Shown here in pieces: positions 29,936 through 40,670 of a stretch of DNA of 64,000 nucleotides (positions within the stretch are counted from its first letter, which is position 1; every line of letters begins with the position of its first letter). The notes below the pieces were generated by a model, which worked only from the letters and a program-made list of their open reading frames with translations, searched no databases and was not told where the DNA came from. A program made the position numbers and the translations under genes. Source of the stretch: an uncultured Nitrospiraceae bacterium (GTDB lineage: Bacteria > Nitrospirota > Thermodesulfovibrionia > Thermodesulfovibrionales > Dissulfurispiraceae); the NCBI GenBank assembly GCA_963705105.1, contig CAVPIW010000007.1, positions 192,001-256,000 on the forward strand, in the 5' to 3' direction.

Positions 29936-30469
29936 TCACGCCGGGGATTCATTCTCAGATAGTATATATTCCCTGAGCAGCTTTGCAACTTCCCTGTAGA
30001 AAACCGTTCCGGCCGTAGCCTCCAGCCTGTCGCAGAAATCAGGCACCCAGAGGAGGAGGTGTTCATCGAGAAACCTCCTCTGGGGTTCTTCCATGTCATG
30101 CCAGACAAGATAGCTCATAAAGATCAGTTCCGCTGAAATATGGTCGGGTATCAGGTCGAACTCCTCATGAATGACCAGACCGACGGACCTGTAAAACGTC
30201 GCCGCCTCTTCTGCCGCTCTGCCCCTGAATCCCGGTCTGTCTCCGATCGAGTACCGGTAAAACGATTCATAGGGAGGGACGGCAGGATGAGGAAGGCCAA
30301 AGAGAAAGCGAAAGTCGCCGCCGACCTCCTCAACGGTCTCTTCGAACGTGAGCGGCAACATCTCCTTCATCTCGATCAACTCTTCGGCGGTCGGCTCCTT
30401 CATAAAGAGGCCGGCGAAAAGATTGTACAGCTCGTAACGCTCTATATCATCGTTCTCAAAAAGTGCCAC
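29936..30469 (-). CDS. TorD/DmsD family molybdoenzyme chaperone
   Basis: PPYES.Y, PDHISAEL.FM, FL..HL..WVP.F motifs. Confidence 0.9.
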   Translation of the reverse strand: MALFENDDIERYELYNLFAGLFMKEPTAEELIEMKEMLPLTFEETVEEVGGDFRFLFGLPHPAVPPYESFYRYSIGDRPGFRGRAAEEAATFYRSVGLVIHEEFDLIPDHISAELIFMSYLVWHDMEEPQRRFLDEHLLLWVPDFCDRLEATAGTVFYREVAKLLREYILSENESPA

Positions 30470-30535
30470 AATAAACCCAAACGTCGATACCCCCTCGGGA
30501 AAGGCGGGCTGTGTGCACCACGAACAGTGGATAAT

Positions 30536-30883
30536 ACCTCATCGTTGCAACACACTCCCCGGGAAGGCGGTGCGTATGCGCCGCTTAACAATAAACAGTA
30601 GACAATAGACAGCAGGCAAAGACAGGAACGAGACGACAAACACACCGACGGGAAGGCTGATGTGGTGAAAAACCTTTCCGCTAAGATACCTTATCGATCA
30701 CCAGACCACCCTTTGCCGTGTCTATCGATGACAAAAGTCCGCCAGGCAACAGAGACTGAACACCTGATATGTCTCACCATCGCATTGGAAAGGCTTTGAA
30801 CCATATCTGCCTTCCCGGAGGCATCATCGCCTTCAGCAAGGCTTTGAGGCGCTACGCCCCGCCTTTCCATGCAAGGACAAGGT
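30536..30883 (+). repeat. Dispersed modular element (7-mer block + core), preceded by an extra degenerate left arm at 30475-30520
   Basis: Colinear with 11434-11801; core at 30649-30817. Confidence 0.9.
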
Positions 30884-30892
30884 TCAGAGACG

Positions 30893-32182
30893 TCAGTCCT
30901 TCAGCGACCGCATGCTCAGATACGCCGCAGCGATCGTCTTCTCTATGTCCTTCGCCGAATGGGCGAGCGAGATGAATCCGGCTTCGAATTGGGAGGGAGC
31001 GAGATTGACACCGCTGTCGAGCATGTTCAGGAAGAACCGGCCGAACTTTGCCGTGTCCGCTTTCTTTGCCGTCTCATAGTCGACAACGTCACCGCCCGTG
31101 AAATATGTGCAGAACATTGTCCCCGCCCGGTAGAACCTCGTCCTGACACCGGCTTTCTTCGCAACATCCCTGAGCCCTTCCTCAAGATGGACCATGCTCC
31201 GTTCGAGCTTCTCGTACACGCCTTTCCCGGAGAGGATCTTCAGCGTCTCGATGCCTGCCGTCATGGCGAGGGGATTGCCTGAAAGGGTGCCGGCCTGATA
31301 CACGGGACCCTCGGGAGCGACAACGGACATGATGTCATTCCTTCCACCGAAGGCGCCGACGGGAAGACCGCCCCCGATCACCTTGCCGAGGCAGGTGAGG
31401 TCCGGCTTTATGCCATAGGCCGCCTGTGCCCCGCCGTGAGAGACCCTGAAGCCTGTCATGACCTCGTCGAAGATGAGGACAATGCCGTATTTCTCCGTCT
31501 CCTTCCTCAGCATTTCGAGGTACCCGGGCCGTGGCAGGACACATCCGATGTTGCCGACGACGGGCTCGACGATGACTGCCGCGATCTCCCCGCCTGACTT
31601 GGCGAGAAGAACCTTGAAGGCCTTTGCATCGTTGAACGGCAGCGTCAGGGTGTTGCGCGCATACGATTTCGGCACGCCCGGGCTGTCGGGAACTCCGAAT
31701 GTCATTGCACCCGACCCCGCCTTCACGAGGAGGCCGTCGGCATGGCCGTGGTAGCAGCCCTCGAACTTGACGATCTTGTCGCGGCCCGTAAAGCCCCGGG
31801 CCACCCTCAGGGCGCTCATCGTCGCCTCCGTCCCCGAGTTGACCATCCGGACCTTTTCGATGGACGGGTAGACCTTCATGATCATTCGGGCAAGCTCGAT
31901 CTCGAGCGGCGTCGGGGCGCCGTAACTCGTCCCCTTCTCGGCGGCCCGCTGCAGGGCTTTGACGACGGAGGGATGAGCATGGCCGAGAATCATGGGCCCC
32001 CAGGAAAGGACATAGTCGATGTACTCGTTTCCGTCAACGTCAAATATCTTCGATCCCTTTGCGCTTTCAATATAGAGTGGCGAACCGCCCACGGCCCTGA
32101 AGGCCCGCACGGGGCTGTTCACACCCCCCGGCATGAGCTCAAGTGCCTGCCGGTAAAGTCTCCTCGATTTGTCCCGTTTCAT
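30893..32182 (-). CDS. hemL: Glutamate-1-semialdehyde 2,1-aminomutase
   Basis: [35 protein letters not shown] motifs. Confidence 0.97.
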   Translation of the reverse strand: MKRDKSRRLYRQALELMPGGVNSPVRAFRAVGGSPLYIESAKGSKIFDVDGNEYIDYVLSWGPMILGHAHPSVVKALQRAAEKGTSYGAPTPLEIELARMIMKVYPSIEKVRMVNSGTEATMSALRVARGFTGRDKIVKFEGCYHGHADGLLVKAGSGAMTFGVPDSPGVPKSYARNTLTLPFNDAKAFKVLLAKSGGEIAAVIVEPVVGNIGCVLPRPGYLEMLRKETEKYGIVLIFDEVMTGFRVSHGGAQAAYGIKPDLTCLGKVIGGGLPVGAFGGRNDIMSVVAPEGPVYQAGTLSGNPLAMTAGIETLKILSGKGVYEKLERSMVHLEEGLRDVAKKAGVRTRFYRAGTMFCTYFTGGDVVDYETAKKADTAKFGRFFLNMLDSGVNLAPSQFEAGFISLAHSAKDIEKTIAAAYLSMRSLKD

Positions 32183-32254
32183 GGCGTCATACCTCTCCGC
32201 TGATGTTTTTTTCCGACCCGCCCTTTTCCCGTGGCGCAAAGTCCTCTGTCTGCA

Positions 32255-32447
32255 ACCCTGTCATCGCATACACACCCTCTGGAAAGGCGGGGTGCATGCG
32301 CCGAAAACCTTGCTGCGGCGACACCTATAACGTCTCAGAAGAAGTCGTTTCAAGCCGATGGCCTGAAAAAGCCGGCCTTTTTCTGATACTCACACTGACA
32401 CTGCTTTTCAGGGCGCTTCGCCCCGCCTTTTCACATGACTGCGCAGT
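32255..32447 (+). repeat. Dispersed modular element (6-mer type)
   Basis: Left arm + GAAAACCTTGCTGCGGCGACACC + ACTCACACTGACACTG + right arm. Confidence 0.88.
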
Positions 32448-32559
32448 CAAGTCAATGTATCACAGACATTTTCAGGATGTCAAAGCAAAGACCGTCAGGT
32501 TTCTCCGGCCCGTCCTCTTCCCTGTGACCCCGACCAAGGTTTCCCAAGGTTACGATCGC

Positions 32560-32892
32560 CTAATCAGGAGTTGCGCGTCACGCGTTATCCTGTGGCTCCC
32601 GCACAGCCATCGACATCGGCACGGAAAAAATACAAGACGGACGACAGACGATGGTCTTCCTATCCATAGCTTTCAGAGCCTTCTGGCCGAACTGGCAACC
32701 CGATGCCGTAACCGATGTCGAGTACAATCGCAACCCGATACACTGACATTCGTTCAGCATACAGAATACAGTCCGTTACAGGAGAGAGCCATGCAACTAC
32801 TGGACGTGTTGCCAGTATAAAAAACCTGACATGATGATTTCTATTTGCATATCATCAGGTTAGTTTGTCCCTCTGCTGGAACTTCGACCTAA
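32560..32892 (+). mobile_element. IS1634-family remnant (transposase C-terminus and probable right end)
   Basis: TDDGLPIHSFQSLLAELAT.CRN...SPLQ.RA..LL, stop at 32820; GGAACTTCGACCTAA terminus. Confidence 0.7.
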
Positions 32893-33193
32893 AAGTAGCG
32901 GATAGTAGTCGCATTTAATTTTGGAACTGTGGAAAGATATTCCACATTATATGAGCATGTCGCGACGTAACCGACATGTTAACGCTCTTGTTATACCACC
33001 CAATAGGTCTAAAATGTTAATTTTGTCGTATAATTTGGGAACATGTTGCGACGTGTGCGTGCCAGGATCATGAATCATTGTTAAGATCGACCGGTCAGAA
33101 CGACACGAATACGCAGTCGGCGTTATGCCATAAGGGCAGCTCAGATTCGGGCATTATTATGATAAGCTTCTTCATGAATGCGCACCCAATTAT

Positions 33194-33755
33194 ATGCCGC
33201 TCTCTCTGAACGAGATGAAAGACCGCGCCCTTTCCTTTTCTCGCGAGTGGGAAGGAGAACGTACAGAACGCAGTGTGTCATGGATGAAGAGGGGTCAGCC
33301 CGCCGTCGCAACCTTGGTGCCCCCAGCCAAGCTTATTTGTTTTCGGCATGATATCGAGTAAAATGCACATGGCTTGGGTAAAATATGTCTGTGGTCGGAT
33401 CAAGAGTGACTATCGATATACAGGGCAAATCGTTTACAACAACTTCCCCTGGCCAGACAACCCAACGGACAGACAGCGCAAAGCTATAGAGCAGGCCGCA
33501 CAGGACGTGCTCGATGCCCGCTTTGCCCATCCGGATTCATCGCTTGCAGACCTGTACGATCCGATATCCATGCCGCCGGATTTACGGAAGGCTCATCAGG
33601 CCCTTGACAAGACTGTCGATGCCGCATATGGAAAGAAGTTCTTTGATTCGGATGCTGATCGGGTTGCATTCCTGTTCGAGCTATACAACCATTACACAAA
33701 TATGATGCCAGCTTCGGCAGAGAAAATAAAAAGAGGCAGAAGAAAGGAGACATGA
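33194..33755 (+). pseudogene. MmeI-like type IIL restriction-modification gene with most of the interior deleted
   Basis: N-terminus MPLSLNEMKDRALSFSREW; C-terminus SSKMHMAW..YVCGRIKSDYRY..VYNNFPWP, SLADLYDP..MP..L.KAH..LD. Confidence 0.8.
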
Positions 33756-33899
33756 TTACGGACAAGGAATAATCAGCGAATAGATGTACGGACTTCAATG
33801 GGGCGACTCTTAAGGTTTATGGCTTTATAATCCTAGGCGGCCCGTAGGGCATTCTTTTTAGACGGGTGGCAGACAAGTTATTATATAGAAGCGCAAGCC

Positions 33900-34256
33900 A
33901 TGAAACAGACGAACAAAGCGAAGAATAAAAACAAATATCTTTCTGCCGAGACGATTCTCGCTATGCTGAAGGAACACGCAGGCGACTTGAGGAAATGCTC
34001 TGTCATAAAGATAGGCCTTTTCGGGTCTTATGTTCGCGGTAGTCAGAAAGGGCGGAGTGATATAGACCTACTTGTGGAGTTTGACACATCGTCCTTCGGA
34101 GAGAATTTTGGAGGATATTTCGACACATACATGAGGCTTACTTTGCTGCTGGAAACTATACTCCACAAAAAGGTGGACCTCTTGACCAGCGAGATGATCA
34201 GCCCGCATATCAAGCCGTACGTCCTCAAAGAGGTGAAATATCTTGAAGGCATCTAA
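33900..34256 (+). CDS. Minimal nucleotidyltransferase (MntA-like antitoxin)
   Basis: LFGSYVRG....SDIDLLVEF and KVDL motifs. Confidence 0.9.
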   Translation: MKQTNKAKNKNKYLSAETILAMLKEHAGDLRKCSVIKIGLFGSYVRGSQKGRSDIDLLVEFDTSSFGENFGGYFDTYMRLTLLLETILHKKVDLLTSEMISPHIKPYVLKEVKYLEGI

Positions 34257-34596
34257 ACCCTTTCTGATCCATATCGCCGAGGAGATACGTTATCTCGAGA
34301 AGAACTCCGCAAATCTCACCTATGACGATTTCATGCAAAACGAGACTTATAGGAGAAGTTTTGTTCGTGCTCTGGAAGTGATCGGAGAGGCTGCAAAAAA
34401 TCTTCCGCAGGGCTTCAGAAAGCGTTATCAGCAAGTCCCCTGGAAAGAAATTGCCGGCCTCAGAGATGTATTGATTCACCAATACTTCGGCATCAACTAC
34501 ATTTCATTATGGGACATTGTTAAGAACAAGATCCCGGTTCTCAGGGACCAAATAGCGGCTATCCTGAATGAATTGAATTCCGTTACAGAGAATTAA
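34243..34596 (+). CDS. HEPN/DUF86 ribonuclease toxin (HepT-like)
   Basis: LEVIGEA and PW..IAGLRDVLIHQY (RX4H) motifs. Confidence 0.9.
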   Translation: MKASKPFLIHIAEEIRYLEKNSANLTYDDFMQNETYRRSFVRALEVIGEAAKNLPQGFRKRYQQVPWKEIAGLRDVLIHQYFGINYISLWDIVKNKIPVLRDQIAAILNELNSVTEN

Positions 34597-34786
34597 TGCC
34601 TTCGGCGGGCGAGCCGCCATACAACAGCACATAGAGTAGCCCCATTAGATTCCCCTATACTTTGGAACAAGTTGCCCGCTTCCGCGGAAAAAAGATAAAA
34701 TATATAATTAACTGGCGGGGGGACAGTGTCGTTCCCGACGGCCACGATGCCCGCCGTGCGATAAAAAAAGCCTTGAAGGAGGATCT

Positions 34787-35257
34787 ATGAAAAGAATCAT
34801 TATCGTCGTCCTGATGCTGATATCCTTTGCCGCTGCAGCTTACGGCCAGGAGGCGCAGGAAAAGAAGGCACAGCCCGCTGCGCCGCAGGCGGGTCAGCAG
34901 CAGATGCAGATGTGCCCAAAGATGGGCGCAATGGGAGGACAGGGCATGCAGGGAGGTATGATGGGCATGCAGGGCATGAAAGGCATGAAGTGCCGGTGCA
35001 TGATGATGCAAGACATCGTCCCCATGATGAAGGAAGTCATGGGCATCCAGCAGAAGCTGATTGCGGGGGCGTCCGACACCGAGAAGAAGAAAATGTCCGA
35101 TGACCTTGCCCGGATGATCAGCCAGATCGACTCCATGAGCACCGGCATGGGCGGCATGGGGATGTGCGGCATGATGAACATGCAGCACGGCTCCCCGGCC
35201 GGCCAGGACGATCCTGCAAAGGCCGGCGAAAAAAAGATGCAAGAGCACAAACACTGA
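34787..35257 (+). CDS. Exported Met-rich protein
   Basis: Signal peptide; about 28 Met in 156 aa; CRC and C-terminal HKH; AGGAGG RBS. Confidence 0.8.
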   Translation: MKRIIIVVLMLISFAAAAYGQEAQEKKAQPAAPQAGQQQMQMCPKMGAMGGQGMQGGMMGMQGMKGMKCRCMMMQDIVPMMKEVMGIQQKLIAGASDTEKKKMSDDLARMISQIDSMSTGMGGMGMCGMMNMQHGSPAGQDDPAKAGEKKMQEHKH

Positions 35258-35380
35258 GAATATCAGGCGAAGAGGGGGAAGGGGACATCTCCCCTTCCCC
35301 CTCAACATCATACAGCAACACCCTGCCGTTTTGCGCAACGCTGCGGAGCGTCACGTCGCCGCACGCCGGAGGGCATCCCC

Positions 35381-37627
35381 GTGGAATCTTATGAATCCCT
35401 GATCCATGAACTGGCCGAATTAAAGGGCCTCGTGCCGGACTATTGGGACGTCTTCGGCACCAGGCACTTCACGACGATCGAGACGAAAAAGGCCGTCCTG
35501 AAGGCCATGGGGAAACGGATCGATTCGGAGGATGCGCTCCGGCAGGAGATAGAGGCGGAGCGGCGCAGGCCCTGGGACACCTTCATCGAGCCTGTGCTGG
35601 TCTTTACCTTTTCCGGTCAGCCCGTCACACTGTCGGTCTATGTCCCTGTCGCTGAGGGTCGCGAGCGGGAACTCGTCATCGCCTTCACTTTCCGGGACGA
35701 GCAGGACGGCCGTGACGATTTCAGCCTTTCGGGCGGCGACATCGTCGTGTCGGATCATCGATGGTTCAACGGTGTCAGGTATGCGAAGATCGGTGTGACG
35801 GACCGGAAAGTGAGGCCTCCGGGATATTACACGGCGGAGGTGTCCTGCAAGTCCCCTGCACTCGATCTTTCGGGGACGACGGCGCTGATCATCGCCCCTG
35901 AGCATTGTTACATCCCGCCTGAGCTCGAACAGGGCCGGTGTTGGGGGGTCTCTCTTAACCTGTACTCCCTGAAGTCCCGTCGCAACTGGGGCATCGGAGA
36001 TTTCTCGGACCTGATGGATGTCATTGGGGAATCCTCTGCGCAGGGATGCTCGTTCGTCGGGATCAATCCTCTCCACGCTATACCCAACAAGAGACCCTAC
36101 GGCGTGAGCCCCTATTCCCCCGTGAGCAGGCTCTACCGGAATTTCATCTACCTCGATGTGGAGAGGATCCCTGAAGTGCGCAAATCGAGACAGACCCAGG
36201 CGATCCTCCGGTCAAAGACGTTCAGAAAAAAAATCGAAGAGACGAGAGAATCGGACCTGATCGATTACAAGGGAATCGCCTCGCTCAAGCGGACCATCCT
36301 GAGACACGCCTTTGACGAGTTTTTCGCAGAAGAGCTCGGCGAAGGAGCGGTGAAAAGCCCCCGGGCTGCGCAGTTCCGCGATTATGTCGAGCGGGAGGGA
36401 GAGGTCCTCCAGTCCTATGCTCTCTTCATCACCCTCTGGGAATACATGAACAGCATCTGCAAAGTCTATGCATGGCAGGACTGGCACGAGGAGTACCGGG
36501 ACCCGTCCAGTGCCGCCGTCAGGGCCTTTGCATCGGAACAGCAGAAGGAAATCACCTTCCTCAAGTATCTGCAATGGCTGATTCATGAGCAATTGGAGCA
36601 GACGTGCGCTCATGGGCGGGACGCCGGCATGTCCGTCGGTCTCTATCAGGACCTCGCCGTCGGCTCCATCGGCGGGGGGAGCGATGCCTGGACATTCCAG
36701 ACCTGCATCGCCCGGGGCATCGAGATCGGCGCACCGCCGGACGAATTCAATCCCACGGGCCAGTGCTGGGGGTTCCCGCCGTCAGTGCCGGACAAACTGA
36801 AGGAGACGGGATACCGTCTTTTCATCGATACGATTGGCAAGAGCATGCAGCACAGCGGGGCCGTCAGGATCGACCATGCTCTCGGGCTCTTCAGGCTCTT
36901 CTGGGTCCCCGAGGGGATGACGGCGGCAGACGGCGCCTATGTGCGTCAGCCTGCCGACGACCTGCTGAAGATCATCGCCCTCGAAAGTGTCAGGAACAAA
37001 ACGATCGTCATCGCCGAAGACCTCGGAACGGTGGGGGAAGATGTCCGGGATATCCTGTCGCGGCACCGTATGCTCTCCTACCGTCTGCTGTACTTCGAAC
37101 GGAACTACCCTGATCCGTCCTTCACGCCGCCCGATCGATACCCAGATCTGGCCATTTGCGCCGTGACGACTCACGACCTGCCCACACTGCCGGGATACTG
37201 GACATGCCGCGATATCGTGGTGAAAAGACACCTCGGCATTTTGAGCGACAAGAGCACACAGCACTCCCTGGCCGAGCGGGAAAGGGACAAGGGACTGCTG
37301 CTCGTCACTCTCAGGGCACGGGGCCTCCTTCCCGGGGATTTCCCGGAAGATCACCGTCTCATCCCGGAAATGACGGACGAGCTCTGCCTCGGTGTTTACG
37401 AATACCTGGCGCAGACGCCCTGCAAGCTCACGGGCGTCAGCCTCGACGATATCGCAGGCGCCGTCGATCAGCAGAACATGCCGGGCACCGTGGTGACCTA
37501 TCCGAACTGGCTCCAGAAAATGCCCGTCCCTTTCGGCGAGCTCCTGGGAAGCCCGGTCTTCACTCAACTTGCGGACCGCTTTCGCCGGTCCGGGAGGTGC
37601 GTGAGCGCGGGAGAAGAGACGCGGTGA
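35381..37627 (+). CDS. malQ: 4-alpha-glucanotransferase (GH77)
   Basis: WGIGDF.DL, SPYSP, DLAVG, RIDH, AEDLG, THD, NMPG motifs. Confidence 0.95.
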   Translation: MESYESLIHELAELKGLVPDYWDVFGTRHFTTIETKKAVLKAMGKRIDSEDALRQEIEAERRRPWDTFIEPVLVFTFSGQPVTLSVYVPVAEGRERELVIAFTFRDEQDGRDDFSLSGGDIVVSDHRWFNGVRYAKIGVTDRKVRPPGYYTAEVSCKSPALDLSGTTALIIAPEHCYIPPELEQGRCWGVSLNLYSLKSRRNWGIGDFSDLMDVIGESSAQGCSFVGINPLHAIPNKRPYGVSPYSPVSRLYRNFIYLDVERIPEVRKSRQTQAILRSKTFRKKIEETRESDLIDYKGIASLKRTILRHAFDEFFAEELGEGAVKSPRAAQFRDYVEREGEVLQSYALFITLWEYMNSICKVYAWQDWHEEYRDPSSAAVRAFASEQQKEITFLKYLQWLIHEQLEQTCAHGRDAGMSVGLYQDLAVGSIGGGSDAWTFQTCIARGIEIGAPPDEFNPTGQCWGFPPSVPDKLKETGYRLFIDTIGKSMQHSGAVRIDHALGLFRLFWVPEGMTAADGAYVRQPADDLLKIIALESVRNKTIVIAEDLGTVGEDVRDILSRHRMLSYRLLYFERNYPDPSFTPPDRYPDLAICAVTTHDLPTLPGYWTCRDIVVKRHLGILSDKSTQHSLAERERDKGLLLVTLRARGLLPGDFPEDHRLIPEMTDELCLGVYEYLAQTPCKLTGVSLDDIAGAVDQQNMPGTVVTYPNWLQKMPVPFGELLGSPVFTQLADRFRRSGRCVSAGEETR

Positions 37628-38772
37628 CCTTCAGCGATGTGAGGAACATCCTCGTCATCAAGCTGCGCCACATCGGCGATGTCCTGCTGACCGTGCCGGT
37701 CTTCAGAGCCCTGAAAGAATCCTTTCCGCAGGCGCGTCTCACGGCCCTTGTCAACGCCGGCACCGAGGATGTCCTCCGGGGCAACACACTCATCGACAGG
37801 GTCATCGCCCTCGACCGGTCCGTGAAGGACCTCTCTCTCCCGGTCCGTCTCGTCCGTGAGACGGCTTTCATCGCCGGCATCAGGAAGGCCCGTTTCGACA
37901 TGACCGTCGATCTTACGGGAGGCGACAGGGCTGCCCTCCTTTCCCTGCTTTCCGGGGCGGTCTACAGGATCGGCTGGATGCCGAAGAAGGGATTCCCGGG
38001 AAAGCGTCGTTGTTACACCCATCTCTGCAAGCCTGACAGCACCCGGCACATGGTCCTCCAGAATCTCGACGTCGTCGCCCGATGGGGGATCGACACGGAC
38101 GATCTCTCCGTCGAAATGCCTGTCACCCCTGAAGACCGGGCTGCCGTCGATGCCCTGCTCGGACGGCACGGCTTCAGCAAAGACGGCAAGGCCGTCCACA
38201 TCCATCCCACATCGCGCTGGCTCTTCAAATGCTGGAACGACCGTTTCATGGCCGGCATAATCCGCCGTCTCCTGAAGGAGGGCGCGACAGTCATCGTCAC
38301 CAGCTCCCCCGACCGGCGGGAGATCAGAAAAGCGAAAGCGATCCTGTCCGCCGCCGGGCCGGACGACCACCTTATCGATCTCTGCGGCAGGACGACGCTC
38401 AGGCAGCTTGCCGCCGTCTCCGGGAGGTCCCGGCTCTTTTTCGGCGTCGACTCGGCGCCCATGCACGTCGCCGCCGCCACGGGCATACCGGTCGTCGCCC
38501 TCTTCGGTCCCAGCGGCGCCTTCAACTGGGGACCGTGGTACAACGGGGGATCGAGGAGAGAACTGGAAGCGGCGGAAGGGACTCCCTATCCGCGGAGAAA
38601 CGGAATTCAGACCTTCGGCACCCACACCGTCATACAGGAGGACTTCGAGTGCGTGCCCTGCGGCAGTGACGGCTGCCAGGGAAGCAAGATCAGCCGGTGC
38701 CTCGAGGAGCTCGGCGTCGACGTGGTGACGGATATCCTCCTGGAAAAACTACACGCCGGGGTTCGGCAGTGA
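37624..38772 (+). CDS. LPS heptosyltransferase (GT9, RfaQ-like)
   Basis: ILVIKLRHIGDVLL, HPTSRWLFKCW, GVDSAPMH motifs. Confidence 0.9.
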   Translation: MTFSDVRNILVIKLRHIGDVLLTVPVFRALKESFPQARLTALVNAGTEDVLRGNTLIDRVIALDRSVKDLSLPVRLVRETAFIAGIRKARFDMTVDLTGGDRAALLSLLSGAVYRIGWMPKKGFPGKRRCYTHLCKPDSTRHMVLQNLDVVARWGIDTDDLSVEMPVTPEDRAAVDALLGRHGFSKDGKAVHIHPTSRWLFKCWNDRFMAGIIRRLLKEGATVIVTSSPDRREIRKAKAILSAAGPDDHLIDLCGRTTLRQLAAVSGRSRLFFGVDSAPMHVAAATGIPVVALFGPSGAFNWGPWYNGGSRRELEAAEGTPYPRRNGIQTFGTHTVIQEDFECVPCGSDGCQGSKISRCLEELGVDVVTDILLEKLHAGVRQ

Positions 38773-39860
38773 TCACCGTCCTGCACACGGAATCATCGAC
38801 GGGCTGGGGAGGGCAGGAAAACAGGACCGTCAGGGAATGCCTGGGCATCAGGGACCTCGGGGCAAGACCGGTTATACTCTGTCAGCCCGGCAGCGTGATC
38901 GGCCAGAGGGCACGCGGCGAGGGGATCGATGTGAGGACGGTGCCGATGCGGAAGAGTTACGACATCGGCGCGGTCCGCTCCATCCTGCGTGTGATCGGGG
39001 ATGAGAAGGTCGACGTGGTCAGCACCCACAGCGGCAGGGACAGCCTCCTCGCGGGCGCTGCGGCAAAGCTCTCACGACACGGCCCCCGGGTCGTGAGGAC
39101 CCGGCATCTCGCCCTGCCCATCACCTCCCGTCTGTCCTATTCCCTCTTTCCGAACCGGATCGTTACGGTGAGCGAATCCGTGCGCCGTGATCTCATCGCC
39201 CGGGGGCTGCCGCCGGAAAAGATCGTCACCGTTCACACCGGCATCGACCCCGCAGTGTTCGATCCCGGCGCGACACGCGGCACTTTCCGTCAGGAGCTGG
39301 GTTGCCCTGAGAGTACACCTCTCGTCGTCACGAACGCCATCTTCCGCATTAAAAAGGGACATCATATCCTGCTCGAAGCGGTCCCCTTCGTCTTGAAAAA
39401 GATCCCCGAGGCCCTCTTCGTCTTCACGGGCAACGGCCCGCAGCGGGCGAACATCGAACAGAGAATCGGAACCATGGGACTGTCCGGAAAGGTCGTCCTC
39501 ACCGGCCTCCGTCAGGACATCCCGGACGTCCTCAGGTCCGCGGACCTCTTCGTCCTGCCGACGCTCCAGGAGGCCCTCGGGACGGCCATCATCGAGGCGA
39601 TGGCGATGGAGAAGCCCGTGATCGGGTCGAATGTGGGCGGTGTGGGGGAGCTCATCCGCGACGGCGTCAACGGGTTCCTCGTCGAGCCCCGGAACCCCCT
39701 GACTTTAGCGGAGGCGATCGTGAGGGTCCTTGGCGACAGGGACCTTGCCCTGTCAATGGGCAGGGAAGGGAGGAGGATCGTCCTTCAGCATTTCACTGTC
39801 CGGCACATGTGCGAAAAAATGTACGGGCTCTATGTGAGCCTCCTGGGAGGGAAAGCATGA
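38769..39860 (+). CDS. Glycosyltransferase family 4
   Basis: HTESSTGWGGQE and EALGTAIIEAMA motifs. Confidence 0.9.
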   Translation: MITVLHTESSTGWGGQENRTVRECLGIRDLGARPVILCQPGSVIGQRARGEGIDVRTVPMRKSYDIGAVRSILRVIGDEKVDVVSTHSGRDSLLAGAAAKLSRHGPRVVRTRHLALPITSRLSYSLFPNRIVTVSESVRRDLIARGLPPEKIVTVHTGIDPAVFDPGATRGTFRQELGCPESTPLVVTNAIFRIKKGHHILLEAVPFVLKKIPEALFVFTGNGPQRANIEQRIGTMGLSGKVVLTGLRQDIPDVLRSADLFVLPTLQEALGTAIIEAMAMEKPVIGSNVGGVGELIRDGVNGFLVEPRNPLTLAEAIVRVLGDRDLALSMGREGRRIVLQHFTVRHMCEKMYGLYVSLLGGKA

Positions 39861-40666
39861 ACAGACCAGTTCCGGTGCTCATGTATCACCACATCAGTCC
39901 TCACCGGGGCGACACGGTGACCGTTACTCCCTACGTGTTCGACGAACAGATGGCCCATCTGCGGAAAAAAGGTATCCGGACCCTCAGGCTCGAAGAACTC
40001 CTGGCCCTTATCCTCGGGGACCTGACGGTGCAGGAAAAGGCCGTCGCAGTGACGTTCGACGACGGCTGGCTCGACAATTACCACTATGCCTTTCCGGTCC
40101 TGAAAAAACACAATGTCAACGCGGCGGTCTTTGTCGTCACCGACCGGGTGGAACGGGCCACCCGCACGATCCCTGCCGACGGACAGTCACGGGTGCCGAC
40201 GCACAAGGAGGCCAAGGACTTTCTCAAAAAGGGGGAAGACTTCAGGGTCTCATTGAACTGGGCACATCTCTCCGACATGACCGGGAGCGGCGTCGTCGAT
40301 GTCTATTCCCACACGAAGAGCCACGCCCGCTGCGACGAACTGTCTGCAGACGACGTGCGGACGGAACTGGCGGGGTCAAAGGACCTCATCGAACGCAGGC
40401 TCGGGAGGGATTGCCCCTTCCTCTGCTGGCCCTACGGCGCCTATAACAAGGAGACCGTCGCCATGGCGATGGAGACGGGCTATGAGGCGCTCTTCACTTC
40501 CCGCCACGGTGTTGCGGGAAAAGGTTCCGATCCCTTCGCTATCAACAGGATCGTCGTCAAGGACGGCGTGGCATGGTTCCGGAAGCGCCTGTCCGTCTAT
40601 ACACATCCGATCCTGTCGCGCTTCTACCTGGCCTTGAAAGGGAAGGGCAAAGCCGACACGTGCTGA
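39857..40666 (+). CDS. Polysaccharide deacetylase
   Basis: VLMYHH, TFDDGW, SHT.SH, WPYG motifs. Confidence 0.9.
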   Translation: MNRPVPVLMYHHISPHRGDTVTVTPYVFDEQMAHLRKKGIRTLRLEELLALILGDLTVQEKAVAVTFDDGWLDNYHYAFPVLKKHNVNAAVFVVTDRVERATRTIPADGQSRVPTHKEAKDFLKKGEDFRVSLNWAHLSDMTGSGVVDVYSHTKSHARCDELSADDVRTELAGSKDLIERRLGRDCPFLCWPYGAYNKETVAMAMETGYEALFTSRHGVAGKGSDPFAINRIVVKDGVAWFRKRLSVYTHPILSRFYLALKGKGKADTC

Positions 40667-40670
40667 CCTC

